From positions 26,099,819 through 26,163,818 of the forward strand of contig JARFYF010000036.1 in assembly GCA_030265395.1 (NCBI GenBank): a DNA stretch of 64,000 bases, written 5' to 3'. The position numbers were made by a program, and so were the translations under genes. Of the stretch, positions 48,832-62,493 are shown piece by piece. The notes beneath the pieces were generated by a model. It worked only from the letters and a program-made list of their open reading frames with translations, had not been told where the DNA came from and did no database searches. Each line of letters begins with the position of its first letter. The stretch's first letter is position 1. Source of the stretch: Rhina ancylostomus (Eukaryota).

Positions 48832-50172
48832 GTAGTTGCATATGGCATAATTTTATCATTCACTCTTAAGATGTGGGTATTGCTAGTAAGGTCAGCATTT
48901 ATGGCCTATGTTAAATGCTCCGAAGTCAAGAAACTGCCTTTACAGTAGTAGTATAGTTGTATGATTAGATAACTTTCTTCTGAATGTTAAATGTATTTCC
49001 AGTTTAAATTTGTGCTTGTTATACAGAATATCTGGTGGAATTTTAAAAAATATTGATAACTTCACTTGATCTGAGGTGTTCGATACAACTTCTTTATTAA
49101 TGTGGCTCTTACTGGATAATCTTGAATTTACACAGATGGGAACCTTTGCAAAAAATGTCATTTAGTCCTCAAATATATCTTGTCCTCCTGTAGTTGACAT
49201 GCAATCTTGTGCAAACTTTTTATTTGATTATCCTAGTTATTATTGTTTGAAGAATTTAACTGTGACTTTTTAAAGTAGATAAATAGATTTGTAGATTATT
49301 TATGAATAGTAGAGTTCTAGATTTAAAAAGTGGTTTTAAAACTGTTTGGGATTAATGCTAGAGCTTTCCCCCATTGCCTAGTTGCTGCAAAACATGTTCT
49401 TATAGACAGCAAGAACATGGATGGTGGATTTGTTTTGAAATCATCAGAAAATTTGTCTCTCTAAATAAGTCCCAATGCAATTACATATACCATTCTTAAT
49501 CCCCATGATTGATACTTAACAAGGTTTTGTTTTGATGTTCTGGCACAGACAGCTGGAGATGTGCACATAGCAGGATCACTGTAACCCTGTAGAAAGGGGT
49601 AAACCTCATTAGAAGTAGAACCCAGAAAATAAGCTTCTAACTGAATGGGTGGTGGCAGAGAGAGATCAGCAATTCATGTCAACAGGCCTGGCTTTCTCAG
49701 AGGCACTTAATAAATTTAGTGTTCTTTAAATAGTTTTTTTAAAAATTGTGTATTTGTGAAAAACAGTAATTGTGCCAATGCACTGCACATCAATGCAGGA
49801 CAAAATGTGTGATAATATGTACAACAAAAGGGGAAAAACTTGGAAGGACCACACAGAAAATACCCTTCAAAAGTAGACCAGTGAAGTAGCAAAAGTGGGC
49901 AAGAAATTGGGGGTGGGGAGAGGGGGAAGATTAAATAATGTTTAATCAAGGAATGTCAAAATTGTAATGATTCATTCCAAAAGCTGGTGAGACATTGTTA
50001 TAATGTTATTCGGTACATAAAGTTGATATAACTTTTCATCTCTATATGATCTGTGTTGTCTTATTTCTCATTGATCCAAGTTGATGATGGTGGTTTCACT
50101 AGAATAATTGATCTTGCATAATCATGCTAGTTGTAAAAGAAAAATCTTGAGCCTTTAATCTGTAAATTTTAG

Positions 50173-50272
50173 GCTGTGAAATTGACAAGCTCACGGACAC
50201 AGCTCCCATATGAATATTATTCTCTCCCTTTTTGTCGGCCTGAAAAAATTGAATACAAGGCAGAAAATCTTG
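50173..50272 (+). CDS. TM9SF4: TM9SF4 exon 3 (100 bp)
   Basis: [33 protein letters not shown](G); ttttag| ... |gtaagt. Confidence 0.95.
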
Positions 50273-51037
50273 GTAAGTTTAATATCTATTAATTGCTCTA
50301 TGGTATAAATAGATCTATTAAATTAATTGACATGCTATCATTTCCATTAGAGATAAAAGAAATGGCCAATGAATTAAATGTAGCAGAATTAAGCAAATTG
50401 ATAACAGAATAAGGCAACAAATTCAATTTTCTGTAATGGATTTTATAATTTCAGTTGGAAAAGAATAGTAATATGAAATTGCAACATTTTGCATAAATGC
50501 ATACAATATATTCTGTTGGAATAGTATTGATCTGTGGAAGATTTGTTATTAACTTTGAACTCTTTCAAAAAGGTTATACTTCTGCCAGTGTAACATTAGT
50601 TATCTGACTCTGTGTGGTTGTTCTCAGTGTTAGATTTTCTCAGCTTGGTGGGGGGGTGGGGGAATGATTTTAGAAACAGATAGTAAAGGCAGCACCCACT
50701 AGTTATTGTTTATGATGTTACTTCGACTCTTAAGAAAAATCTGCCTTTTAAGCTTGATTTAGATCATCAGGAAACAATCAATTGGCTGCTTAATCAACAA
50801 AAAAATCATCACTGATTTTCATTCTAATAGGTTGCAGCTATTGTTGTGGAGAAGAGTATAGAATTTAAATACTACTTCATGTTATACACATGAATAGAAG
50901 TATACTACCATAGCAATGCTGAAAGAATTGTCTTACTGTTTCATTTACTTCACTGTCATCAGTAATATCAAACATCCAAAAATAATTTAAAGTGGAATCT
51001 CAGAAAGAAATAACTTCTTGCATTTCTTATTAAACAG

Positions 51038-51206
51038 GTGAGGTGTTAAGGGGTGATCGGATCGTGAATACACCATATGACTTGCATATGAACATTGAAA
51101 AGAAATGTGAAGTTCTCTGTGGCAAGCCAAACAAACCTGTCAAGTTTAAAATAGCTGAAAGTAAACTGGTCGTAGAAAGGATTCGGGAAGAATATTACGT
51201 TCACTT
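51038..51206 (+). CDS. TM9SF4: TM9SF4 exon 4 (169 bp)
   Basis: (G)[55 protein letters not shown](L); aacag| ... |gtacgt. Confidence 0.95.
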
Positions 51207-52306
51207 GTACGTGGAACTGTTCTTGCTCTTATTGCACATCGGTCTTGTGCATTCTACATATTGATAATTTTAAGCTATTGATTGTATTGCTGCTGCTTTC
51301 ATAAATGAGCCTTGCCATGCATATGTTATAAGCTCCAAATGGCAGACTATTAGTCTACTGTGCAGCATCAGACCTGAGACTGTTCATTTAGGCTTGTTCA
51401 TGCATATGTTTATATTGTCGGATAGGATGGAAGTGCTGAAACCATGATGCCTATATTCCTTCCCTAATTAAGATTAGCTAACCCAGCACAAACTGAAATT
51501 AAATTTGGAAACCTTCAGCAAATTAAAATTGAACTTGGAAATCTTCAGACCTATCAAAGTTGTACAATTACCATCTGAGAAGACATTATCTTTTAAAGAT
51601 TTTTTTTTCTATTTAGCTTTGTCTATATGCAAGAGTTCACATGACAATTTGTTCTGTGGTTAAAAGCAGAATTAGAAGTGTTCAGCTGTAAGAGACCCTT
51701 TTTTCCAATTCATAAATTGTACTCTTCCTCCACAATCTTAAGTCACGTGATGTACATGTTTCATTGAACTTCTGATTCTTGTTAAAATATGGCAAGGTGA
51801 CAAGTGCGCATAGAACAATAGTCTGATAATAGGTATTGGATAGTTAAGCAGCTTGTCTTGCCCTTCATGCAGGTGGTTCTAATTAAGCTGCTTCATATTC
51901 ACAGCCAAAAAAGTGCTAAGAAACACGACAACCTATTTTGCACAGCAGGCTTGCACAGGCCAAAACTATGATCTGAAAGCAAAATCTGCAGATACTGGAA
52001 ATCTGAAATAAGACAAAAAAATACACAATCTGTGGAGAGAGAATCAAAGTTAATGTTTCTAATGAGTAATTTCAGCATTATCTGTTTCACTTAAACCAGG
52101 AAATATTTTGAAAGAATAAATTATTAGTACTGCTGGTGACTGATGAACAGCAGGCATAGAAACAGGATTATGATTGGAAGAGTAAGGAGCAAGTTAAGAT
52201 TCCTTCGCTACTTTGTCGCACTTGACTATTAAAACTACAATTTGTATGAACTAATGTGTGACACATTTCTTTTCTCAATACATGAATTGTAATTGTCTGT
52301 TTATAG

Positions 52307-52436
52307 GATTGCAGATAACTTGCCTGTTGCAACACGATTAGAATTTTACCCAAATTCCGAAGGCAATGACAAAAAGAAAGAAAAAGAAGTGCAGTTTGAG
52401 CATGGTTACAGACTGGGATTTATTGACAACAATAAG
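52307..52436 (+). CDS. TM9SF4: TM9SF4 exon 5 (130 bp)
   Basis: [43 protein letters not shown]; ttatag| ... |gtaaaa. Confidence 0.95.
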
Positions 52437-52655
52437 GTAAAATTAACCTTTTGGGATTTTGATTAATAGGCATCTGGGAGGAGAATTAATGGCAAACATC
52501 AGTGAACCAACTAGTTGCTTTGCCCTAGTTGATGAAACACTTGAAATAAAAATGCTTTAAAGTTTAAATTGTTCAGCATAGATTAATGCTGTGAGTAATG
52601 GGTGTATTTTTATTGCATCATAGCTTGTTTGCTTAAATACTAACTTATTTTTCAG

Positions 52656-52779
52656 TTCTATCTCCACAACCATCTCTCGTTCATTGTCTATTATCACAAA
52701 GAAGAAATAGAAAAAGACCAAGAACCTACATATAGAGTTGTGCGCTTTGAAGTTGTACCACAAAGTGTAAAATATGAAG
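52656..52779 (+). CDS. TM9SF4: TM9SF4 exon 6 (124 bp)
   Basis: [41 protein letters not shown](D); tttcag| ... |gtaaaa. Confidence 0.95.
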
Positions 52780-53389
52780 GTAAAACCATTATCTTTTGAA
52801 TATGATTTGAGTGCATTTGCATGTAGCAAACAATCATAGATAAACAGCCACAAAGAGAAATAAATAAAACCCTTTTTAAAAGAGAAGCTGAAATTTGCAT
52901 TGCCAAAACTCTTCTAATGTGTAGCTGTTCAACATCTATAAATACCAATAAACTACTTGGGGTAAAAAGCATTTAGTAATATAGGCTGGCTGCATTCCAT
53001 TTTCAATTTACTGTCATGTAACAAACAATATTATTGAACTTTGAATAAAGAATCTGATTCCATTGCTATGTGGATTTGCTCTTTTTGATAATTTATTGTG
53101 AATGTGAAGGATGCTGAACTTTTTGAAGAAAGTTGGCAGACTAGTTCCTGCAACTATTACTATGCATGTTGGTATCTAGATATTTTCATGCACTTTGTAT
53201 AGATCCAGTTATCGATAATGTGGAAATAATCAGTAATAAATATCCTGGAAATGCAAATCTGGTCAGGCAACTTCTGTGGTTGGGTGAACAGAATTCTGTT
53301 TTGGGTCATTGACTTTATCAAGAAATAATGTTTGTGTATATATGTGTCTCTTATTCCAAGTTGTTCAGTTGCTCTTTGCTTCTCCTAAA

Positions 53390-54275
53390 GCAAAGTACTG
53401 CAGACACTGAAACTACTAAACTACTCAACAGGTTGAGCAGCATCTTGCAGAGAGAGATACATGGATTTGATCTTTTAGATCAGTAAATTTGCTTTAGGAT
53501 TGGGAATAGTTGGAAATGAGTTTTAAATTGCAGAAAAATGGTAAGGGGCAATTAAAACAAAAAGTAAGGTCAGTGAAAGGATGAAGACCTATAGGTGGTG
53601 CTGTTGCTGGCCAAAAGAGGGTGGTAAAGGCTAGTGTCAGGGATGAGGATATAAACAGGAAGCGATGAATGAAATTCTGAAATTACCAGGGGAAGAAACT
53701 AATATTAAACACTGGAAATGTAAGATACAAAAGGGGAATGGTTTGCATCTGAAATTTGTTGAGGTTTGTTGAAAGAGTATAGGAGACCAAGCACAAAGGT
53801 CAGAGTGGAACTGTGGTGGAGAATTTGAGTGTCGGGCAACTGGAAGCCCAGCGTGATCCTTGTGGATTAAACAGAGATGTTTGGTAGTCAACCAATCTAC
53901 ACTATATTTCCCTAAGACAGAGGAGACTATATTGGAAGCAGAATACTACTTCAAATTTAGTATAATGCATAAATAAGTCTCTGGAAAGTACACACTGGAT
54001 GGCAGGAAGGGAGGAGGAAAAAGAGCAGTTGCGTCTCCAGTAGTTGCATCAGAGTATGCTGTCAGAAAGGAAGTGGATATTGGTGGAGATAGAAAAGCTA
54101 ACCAGTGTGTCTCAGAGGGAACAGCCCTTGTACCTGCTTTCAACCCTCCGTCTTGTCCACCTAGAACAGTGTTTCCTTTTATCATATCCTGCCATCCCAT
54201 CAGCATCCACATTCATTGAATCTTCCCACGTGTTCCTATACCTCCATTGTGATGCTGCCACTTCATCTGCCATGG
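53390..54275. mobile_element. Penelope-like element: GIY-YIG region on minus, inverted RT-linker piece on plus
   Basis: Minus ORF KHLCLIHKDHAGLPVARHSNSPPQFHSDL (like EH....LPVAxHFNS..H..DL). Plus strand near 54168 encodes VFPFIISCHPISIHIH (like VPLVLTYHP). Confidence 0.65.
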
Positions 54276-54379
54276 CTTAAAGTTGCAGTCTGACTGCAAG
54301 GGAGTGGGATACAATAATAAGTTCTTTTCCTGATGTGGGTGTCCTTTTCTTTCATAAATTGCTGATTGCTATGATTCTC

Positions 54380-54545
54380 CTGGAAGGGAGAGAGAGTAGT
54401 GGATTATCTTGCAATTTATGGCGGCCAATTAACCTACCTGCACATTTTTGGGATGCGAGGCGGAACTGGAAAGTCAGAGGAAAATCCAGGTCTCTGGCAT
54501 TATGAACAGCAGCTTGATTAGTTGTGATACTGTGCCATCGTGTAC
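54380..54545 (-). mobile_element. V-SINE fragment
   Basis: ggccaattaacctacctgcacatttttgggatgcgaggcggaactgga. Confidence 0.55.
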
Positions 54546-54664
54546 CATTATTCCACCCCATAAAAAGAACATATGTTATTACTTATTGCAGAGGAAGATA
54601 AGTGAATTTGAGACTAAATTGCAAAACAAGATTTTGGTTGGTAATTCCTGAATGCTTCATGTGA

Positions 54665-54950
54665 CCATTCAGTGCAGGAGTGATGTCAATACTGTGTTAA
54701 GAGGGTACGTCATCTAGATGAGATATTAAAACAAGACTGCCTGCTAGTTCAGGTCAGGAGTAAAGATCTATTGTTTTTTTTTGAAGTATAAGATGTCTGT
54801 TCTGTTCTAGCCCATGTATCCCTCTCACTTAAGTTTATTGTAAATTAAATAAATAATTGTTGTGGAATTTCGTTCTGCACAATAATGCTGCTACTTGGGA
54901 ATAGTATCTGCATTCTTTCAGATTACATTTCTAAAGTGCTCAGTTTTACT
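54665..54950 (+). mobile_element. Deu-domain SINE (SacSINE1/AmnSINE1-like), degraded
   Basis: gatgagatattaaa...tcagg..gtaaagatc...gcccatgtatccctc...tgttgtgga..t.g.t.tgcacaa resembles the Deu-SINE conserved domain. Confidence 0.5.
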
Positions 54951-55294
54951 AAATACTATCTGCTTTCCCCACCTCTCTCAAACATTTAGGTTTAAGACTC
55001 TTGATAGTATTAGAAATATGAATTTCTTCAGTAAAAAGATTTGCAAACATTTCAGATAAACTGCTATCCAGGAGAGGAAAACTAATTCATAATTGGCCAC
55101 AATACTAAGGCATGTTTGTTTTCAACATTTAATTGCATGATAAATTACAAGCAGTTTCTTCATATTGTAAGAATTCAGTCTCCATGGTTGATGTTTTATG
55201 GCCTAAGTATTTTGTTACTTATTTTGATTTGGAATATTTACTCATTGAACTTGTAGAATCATACTGAATTGTCATATTTCACATTTTACCTTAG

Positions 55295-55413
55295 ATCTAA
55301 AAACTGATGAGAAAGGAAACTGTATCCTACCTGAGGCTGCAGGCTCTCTTCCCCAAGAGATTGATCCCAACAAAGAAAATGATGTGCTTTTTACTTACTC
55401 GGTCCGTTGGGAG
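55295..55413 (+). CDS. TM9SF4: TM9SF4 exon 7 (119 bp)
   Basis: (D)[39 protein letters not shown]; ccttag| ... |gtgagc. Confidence 0.95.
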
Positions 55414-56235
55414 GTGAGCATTATGTTAGAAATCAATGGTCCATATGGAGCCCTAATGTGTGGTATGTCTTGCATCATGGTCACTGATTTACCTGATTAA
55501 GTTTTTAAAATAAAAATTCAAGAGATACCAGTTCAAAACTCACCACAGCAGCAGGGAAGTATAAACTAAATACTATTGTGGAAAGGTGTAAAGTTAGTAT
55601 CATTAATGGTGACTTTGTTATAAAAGTGCATTTGGTTCATTGATGTCATTTGGGAAAGGAAATCTGCTCTTTCCCCTTTCTGACCCACAACAATGTGGTT
55701 GACTGTTAGCTGCCCTTAGAAATTGGTTAGCTAGCCACTTGGATCGATTAGAACTAATGAGGAATGGATAATATAGTAGTATTGATAACAACATACAGAT
55801 GAATTTTAGAGGGAAAGTAAATTATTTCTGCAGCATTTGCTCTNNNNNNNNNNTGTCCTTTTCTCGCCTACCATTTGAGATGCATAGTCTGCTTTTAGTG
55901 GGCTGACTGCAAACTTGAATTGCCTGGTAGGTTTTGTCAGGTTAAAGTCCAAGTCTTAAAATCAGAAGAATATGAACCACAAAGCTATGCATGCTTATTT
56001 CATTTATGGTGCACTAGAAAACATCTGCTTTTGTTTGTATGTATGAACATATGTCAACATGACCTGAAAGTCATCGTGCGATTGACTTCTGTATTGCTAC
56101 TCTGGCCTCTGGTTATTGTAAAAAAAATCCTTCAAACTATGCAATAAAACTGTTCCAAATTAAAACTGTTCAATATCAAGTTAACATCTAATTCATTTGT
56201 GTGGTAATAATAATTGTTTTAATTTGTATTTTTAG

Positions 56236-56347
56236 GGTAGCCCTATTAAATGGGCATCTCGTTGGGACACATACTTAACCATGAGTGACGTACAGATACA
56301 TTGGTTCTCAATTGTGAATTCGGTAGTTGTAGTCTTCTTCCTCTCTG
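56236..56347 (+). CDS. TM9SF4: TM9SF4 exon 8 (112 bp), start of the first transmembrane helix
   Basis: [37 protein letters not shown](G), with the EMP70/nonaspanin signature WxSRWD..IHWFSI; ttttag| ... |gtgagt. Confidence 0.96.
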
Positions 56348-56834
56348 GTGAGTTCATTATTGTTGTTTCTCTCATTTTATGGAAAGGAACTCTTCATATC
56401 TACATTATCCAGCACTAATCTTGGGGAATGTTTCCATTTATAGAGAAGACCAAAACTCAGGGTTATAAATATAATTGCTAATAAAATTGAAGAATTCAGA
56501 TCAACTTCTTTATCTAGGGAATAGTTAAAAATTGGAACTACCACAAGATATGTTTGAAGCAAAAAATGTGTTTGTGTATAAAAGGAAGCTAACTTTTTAA
56601 AAAAAACTTTTTAAGTTGATTAGATGAACTCCATGTTAAAATACTTTAACGTATTTGTGAAAGCAATGGATTGCTTCTGAGGAACTTTCATGACAATTTC
56701 TTGGAATGTCACATGGGTGTGCTACAAGTGTCTCCTGCACTTGAATTAATAAAATGTTTAGTCTGTTTATCATGAGAATTCAATTTCCTAAGTGAGAAAG
56801 GTTGCACCTATGCATTATGTTTTTGAATGAAGTA

Positions 56835-57126
56835 CGGTAAAACTCCGGTAACCCCCTATCAGACTATTTGGAAATCCTGATGATGATGGTTGCTGCACTC
56901 CCCTGCACCCACCCCGCCCCCCCCACCACCATTTGCCAGGGCCCCCCCGTTCCTGTGTTCCCTTTAAACTTACTGGATTCACTGGANNNNNNNNNNNNTG
57001 TAATATCTAAAATAAAGTACATTAAAAGTGTATTGGAGGATTAGTATGAATAACATCCAGTAGACTAGAGAACTGCTAGTCAGACACCACCAAAGTCCTG
57101 AGCATGCCGGATTAAGAGTTTTACTG
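56835..57126. mobile_element. Tigger/pogo-like MITE with TA target duplication
   Basis: ta|cggtaaaactccggtaacc ... ggattaagagtttttactg|ta, imperfect TIRs. Confidence 0.65.
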
Positions 57127-57799
57127 TATTGAGAATACACTCAGACTCTCGTGGAATATTTCAGATTAACTCATCCATGTAATTTTAAAAGTGTGTTCTG
57201 TTTTGGCTGACCAGTCTGTTCTTCAAGGCTTTTCCTAGGAAAATTCTGCTGCCAATGCTGGCCATCTGCCATTTATGAATTTCAATTAACACAATATGGT
57301 CTGTCAAAAAGCTCAGACACCAGCAGTGGTCGGGTCAGTTCAGGTCATATGGCAGCAAATGTAACCAACCACATACTCTTGAGGCAGCCATTTCAAAAGG
57401 CAGCATGAAGCAGGCAAAACAAACAACACGCTATGTGTGCCTCCCATTTAGCTCTAGTAGATGTGGTATAACTATCTACTCTGGCAATGACATTATGAAG
57501 ATCAACGTTAACACCTTTTGAAAGTGGTTTCAAATACAATCCAAAATGCAGTAGCCTGTTTGCACATGCATCAGTACAGGAAATGCTTGTCAATGAAACT
57601 ACTGTTGCCTGATACGTTTGCTGCTGATTCTCCAAAAACTTGAAGAAATGTGGCAAAAACTTACCTGGAGATAAGCAATTTCTAGATTTAAAAAAAAATC
57701 AATGTCAGCCCCTAAAAACATCAAATGATACCCAGGAAATGTACGTTGCAGGAGAAGGGGTTTTGGGATCCATGACTTTTTAGAGCCTAATCCATAATA

Positions 57800-60700
57800 C
57801 AGAGGTTGTCTTCTTCCATCACCTTTTTTCAAATGGTGAGTACGACTCCTCCATTAATCTATAGTTGAAAAAATAATTTCCTGAACTCCAAGCCCTTCAT
57901 CCTTTCTAAGCCCTCATAATTTTGTACAGTTCAATTTTCCATCAATCTCCTTTATCACAAAGAACACCAATCTAATCTGTCTCTCCTTGTCATTCTGATT
58001 TTCTGTTATGGAAACATACTTGTAAATCTGCTATGCGTTCTAACTTGTGCAATCACATCCTTCCACCTTCTATGGTAGCTGAAACTGGATGCAGTACTCC
58101 AGTAATTGGTGTTTTATATCATTGTTGCATGACTTCCCTTCTGTTTTAATCTACCCCTCAGCTAACCTCCTATCTATCTTGCTACCTTCAGGAAACTGTG
58201 GACCCATAAGCAAGGTCTCTCTGTTCCTCTGTGTCTAATCATTTATTATGTATCCTTTTGCTTTGTTTGCCTTTCTAAGGGTGTTACCTAAAATTGCTCT
58301 GGATTGAATTCCTGTTGCCGGTTTCCTGCGGCCTAATTAATCATTAGATATCTACCTGCAACTCTGAATTTCCTTTCTCATTCTCGTATGCCAATTTTGG
58401 TGGTACTGGAAAACTAGTTATAAATGTATATTTAACAAAAGGTAAGGGACCCACTGCACACACCTCTCTGGACATGAAATCTTTTCTTTCCAGATCAATT
58501 TGCCACATTAAACCCCTTGCTGAAGTCCTAGTATACCACATCAAATGTGGCAATCTCATTGACCTACCTCTAAACACTCTTATTAATTCAAGGAAGTTTG
58601 TCAGACGTGACCATCCAGCCCTTAACAAATCCAAACGCTGATTTGATTAATCTATGCCTCTCTAAATGTGAGTTTATGTTCCTTCTCAAATGTTTTCCAA
58701 TAACCTGTGCATCCCTGATAATAGGTGAACTGAACAGTAGTCTACATGTTTGTCCTTTAAATAAAGATACTGCAACCTCCAGCAGTCTGTTTGTGTCAAG
58801 AGAGGGTTGGAAAATGATAGAGGCTGTACTTTTTCCTTTTTGTTTTTTGAAGCCTAGTATATCTGTTTTGTAAAGATGCTTGTGCCCGAGTGTCCTCTGT
58901 TTACATCTGATTATCTCATTATCATTTCCAGTTCTTCACATTTCTTGCTGTATCACAGCATGATAACGAACACAAATATTCGTGTAGATCTTCACATGTA
59001 TTTGGTCTCCAAACACAGACAGCTGCAGGTCTCTAAAGGGCCCTTCTCTTTTGTTACAATTTTTTCTTTTACATACAATGTCATACTCTAATTTTTGTTT
59101 TATTACAATTACTGAGAGCTCAACACTGCAAGAAGTCTGAAAGGAGTATAGGTGTTGAAAATATAAAGCAGGGTATTTTTTTTTATCTGCCAAATTATTT
59201 TTGGATATTCTATTTGCTTTTATCACTCCCTTAAATGTTTATTGCCTTGGAATAAATTTCTTCAACTTGCATGAAAGAAATCTTGGGTAGCAACCAATCC
59301 TGTGAACCTGCTATTATGTTTTCATAGTGGAAAGTGCATCTGTGCTGAGCCACTGCAATGTCTTGGTGACCATAACTGCTCACGGCAACACAAGAAAATA
59401 GAAGCAGAAGTGGCCACCTTGCCCTTACATTCAATATGATCATGGCTAATTTGCCCCACGCCTTAACTTTGCTGTGCCAATTCCACTTAGCCTTCAGTTC
59501 CCAGATCTTTAAATATCTCTAGCGATCTGATCTCCACAACCCTACTGTATTGGAGTATTCCAGAGATTTACCATCCTCTGTGAGAAGGAATTCCCTTGCA
59601 CCACAGTTTTGAAAATGACTGCCTCCTTATCTTGTAACTATAAGCCTCATTTGAGACTCTCCCACTAGTGGAAACATCTTAACATTTGCGCTGTCATGCT
59701 CCCTTCAGATCCTGTGTTTCAATAAGATCATCCTCATTCTTCTAAACTCCAATGAATGCAGATCTAAGTTTTTGGTCTTCCTATCCATAGAAGCCCTTGC
59801 TGTTTGTTTTGATATTACTGGCTAATTTACTTTCGTAATCAATTTTTCCCCATCATTAGATTTTAATCCCCTGGTGCTGGTTCCTGAAAAATTCCCAGTC
59901 CTCTGGGCTAATACTAGCTTTTGCTATGTTTGCATGCTCTTTTTGTTTTGATTTTAATATTTTCCTTGACCTCCTTTGCTAACCACATAGTTCTGTTTTC
60001 TCATTGAGTCCCTCTTTCTGAATGGTATAGTTTGCAGTTATTTGAAAATGCTCAAGCGCTTAAGCTATCTGCCACTGCTCACTCAGTGACTGTTCCATTA
60101 GCCCATTTTCCCTAATCCACTTTGGACAACTTCATATCTTTGTAATTGTCCTTATTTAAGTTGAGGACACTTAACTTGGATCAAAACTGTTTGCCCCCAT
60201 ACTGTATCTAGAATTCTACAGTGTTGTCAACACTACTCCGTGCAGGATCCTCAACTACAAGATCTCTTATTAATCCTATCACATTACACATGACCAAATC
60301 TAAAATAACCTGTTCTCAGCTGGGTATCTGCAGTAAACTGCTCTAAGAAGCAATCCCTGATGCACTTCACAAATTTCTCTTCCATAGTATCCTTGCCAAT
60401 TTTATTAGTCTAATCAATATTCAGATTAAGATCATCCATGACAATTACATTTTCCTTGCATACCACTTGATATTTCCTTGTTTATGCTTTGTTCTACCAT
60501 GAGACACCTTGGGTCCTGTTGACTATTCCCACGTATCTTTTCCCACTGTTCCTTATTGCCACCCAAACTGAAAGTATATCACAATCAACTGTATCCATAT
60601 CACTATTCAGCAACTCACTGATACCTTCCTTGATTAACAATGGTATCCCACCTCCTTTCTCTCTTTGCATATTCTTTTGGAACATCAAATTGCCTGAAAT

Positions 60701-62135
60701 ATTGAGTTCCCAGTACATATTACGTCTTTGTTACATTACTCATCTATATCTATGATGTGTTCAAAACTATCTTGTCATAACTGTTGCTTGCATTCAGATA
60801 AAGAGCCTTGAACATTTGAGTTTTTACGATTTTTACTTTGGGTTCAATTTCTGCCACACTTTTTTTTGCCCCTTTTGATTTATTAAATCACACATCACAT
60901 TATTTAATTCACACAGGCTCACTGTGCGTTCCAACTGAACAGCTCGGTTTTTCAACCTCCTGTACTGGTGTCAATGCCCTATGAATCAAAGTCCATTTCT
61001 CCTGCACTGATCTTCAAGCTGTGTGTTTACTTTACTAATCCTATTTGCCCTCTGTCTTTTTCCATGTGGTTCATGTGATAATCCAGCAGTTATCACCTTT
61101 GTGGTCTGCTTTTCTATTTTGCCATGAGCTGTTCATAATTCCTTTTAATAAAATCTTCTTCCCAGTCCTACTTAGACTCCGTAGATGATGGTAACTGGAT
61201 TCTCCTCCTCCCACTCAAGTTCTTCCCAAGTTGATGTCAATTGAATGAAACATAACCACTCTACATTGGTAACACCCAATTAGTCAAGTTCTTCTCTGGA
61301 TGCTCAGCAGTTTTGCAACAAGTGTGGTTTCCAGCTAAAGAGCATACCGAGTGAATTACAGAAGAACATGGCTCTATAATGAGAATCTTTAAAAGACTTT
61401 AGTCTTGCCCCAAATGTCTGTGTGTGTGCTTGCAGATGTGTGCAAATATTTAACTATTTGTTTTTTCCTTGGGACTAATAGTGTTGGGATTATACCCATG
61501 ATTTTGGAATAGCACATGGAATTTTTATTTAATGACTAAATTATGCAAACGGGGTCATCTTTTTCATGATTAAAGCTTTGTGGTAGATATGATTCTACCA
61601 ATCACTTTTGTCTTAGAGTAGTATAGCTCAGAAGCTAGTTCTTTGGCCCACCATATCCACATTAACCTTTTTCCCACCTGCACTAATCCCATTTTCCCAT
61701 ATTAGATCCATATTTTTCTGTGCCTTGCCTATTTAAGTATCTGTCTAAACATCACTTAAACATAGTGATTGTATCTATCTCCAGCTTCACCTCTGGCAGT
61801 AAGTTCCAGATATCAACCACATTTTAAAAAAAACATTTTTTCCTCTCAAATCCCCTTTAAAACTCCTTCCTCTCACCTTAAATCTATACCCTTTTGTTTT
61901 TGCTAAGCCTGCTATAGAGAAAAGGGGTCTGACTATCTACCCCATCTGTGCCTTTTATTTTATATACCTCTATCAGATCACCCCTCAGCCTCCTTTGCTT
62001 CAGAGAAAACAAACCCTGCTGATACAATCTCTCCCCATAACTAGTCCTTCAATGCAGGCAACATCCTAGTGAATTGCCTATGTACTCTCTCCAGCACAAC
62101 CACATCCTTTTCTGTAGTGTAGCACCAGTGCTTTG
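57800..62135 (-). mobile_element. Array of degraded antisense CR1 LINE copies (about 57800-59300, 59390-61250, 61610-62135)
   Basis: Antisense ORFs RLTNFLE...WYTRTSARG and REKGGGIPLLIKEGI..SVWVAIRN (endonuclease); 3' tails at about 59395 and 61615. Confidence 0.65.
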
Positions 62136-62422
62136 AACCTTGGCATCACCATGAAATTTAACTGATTTGCTTTGTGATATATTCCCTCTATCTGCTCAGA
62201 TATCTGCATTTTGAGAAGGAATTTTCCAGAACCAGTTTTACAGATAATCATTTTGTTAAAGCCCTGTGTAATTTTTCCCATGTACTTTTGTAAAAACGTG
62301 TTTCCATCTCTTGCTGGTGCCTTGATGTGATAGTTGAGCTAAAATTAAAACTCTACAGTCTTTAAAATATTAACATTAACTTCCATAAAACCAATGTTAT
62401 AAACTTTTTCCTCTTTCCTCAG

Positions 62423-62493
62423 GAATTCTCAGCATGATAATCATTCGAACCCTTAGGAAGGACATAGCAAACTATAACAGAGAAGACGACATT
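62423..62493 (+). CDS. TM9SF4: TM9SF4 exon 9 (71 bp); the gene continues beyond the window
   Basis: (G)[23 protein letters not shown]; long polypyrimidine tract ctcag| ... |gtatgt. Confidence 0.95.

Noticed and set aside
56236-56240. Alternative acceptor ggtag 5 nt into TM9SF4 exon 8
   Set aside because: It would frameshift the conserved WASRWD region; the first AG after the pyrimidine tract gives the correct frame.
36277-62422. U12-type (minor) introns
   Set aside because: All donors are GT with U2-like or weak contexts; none matches RTATCCTT.
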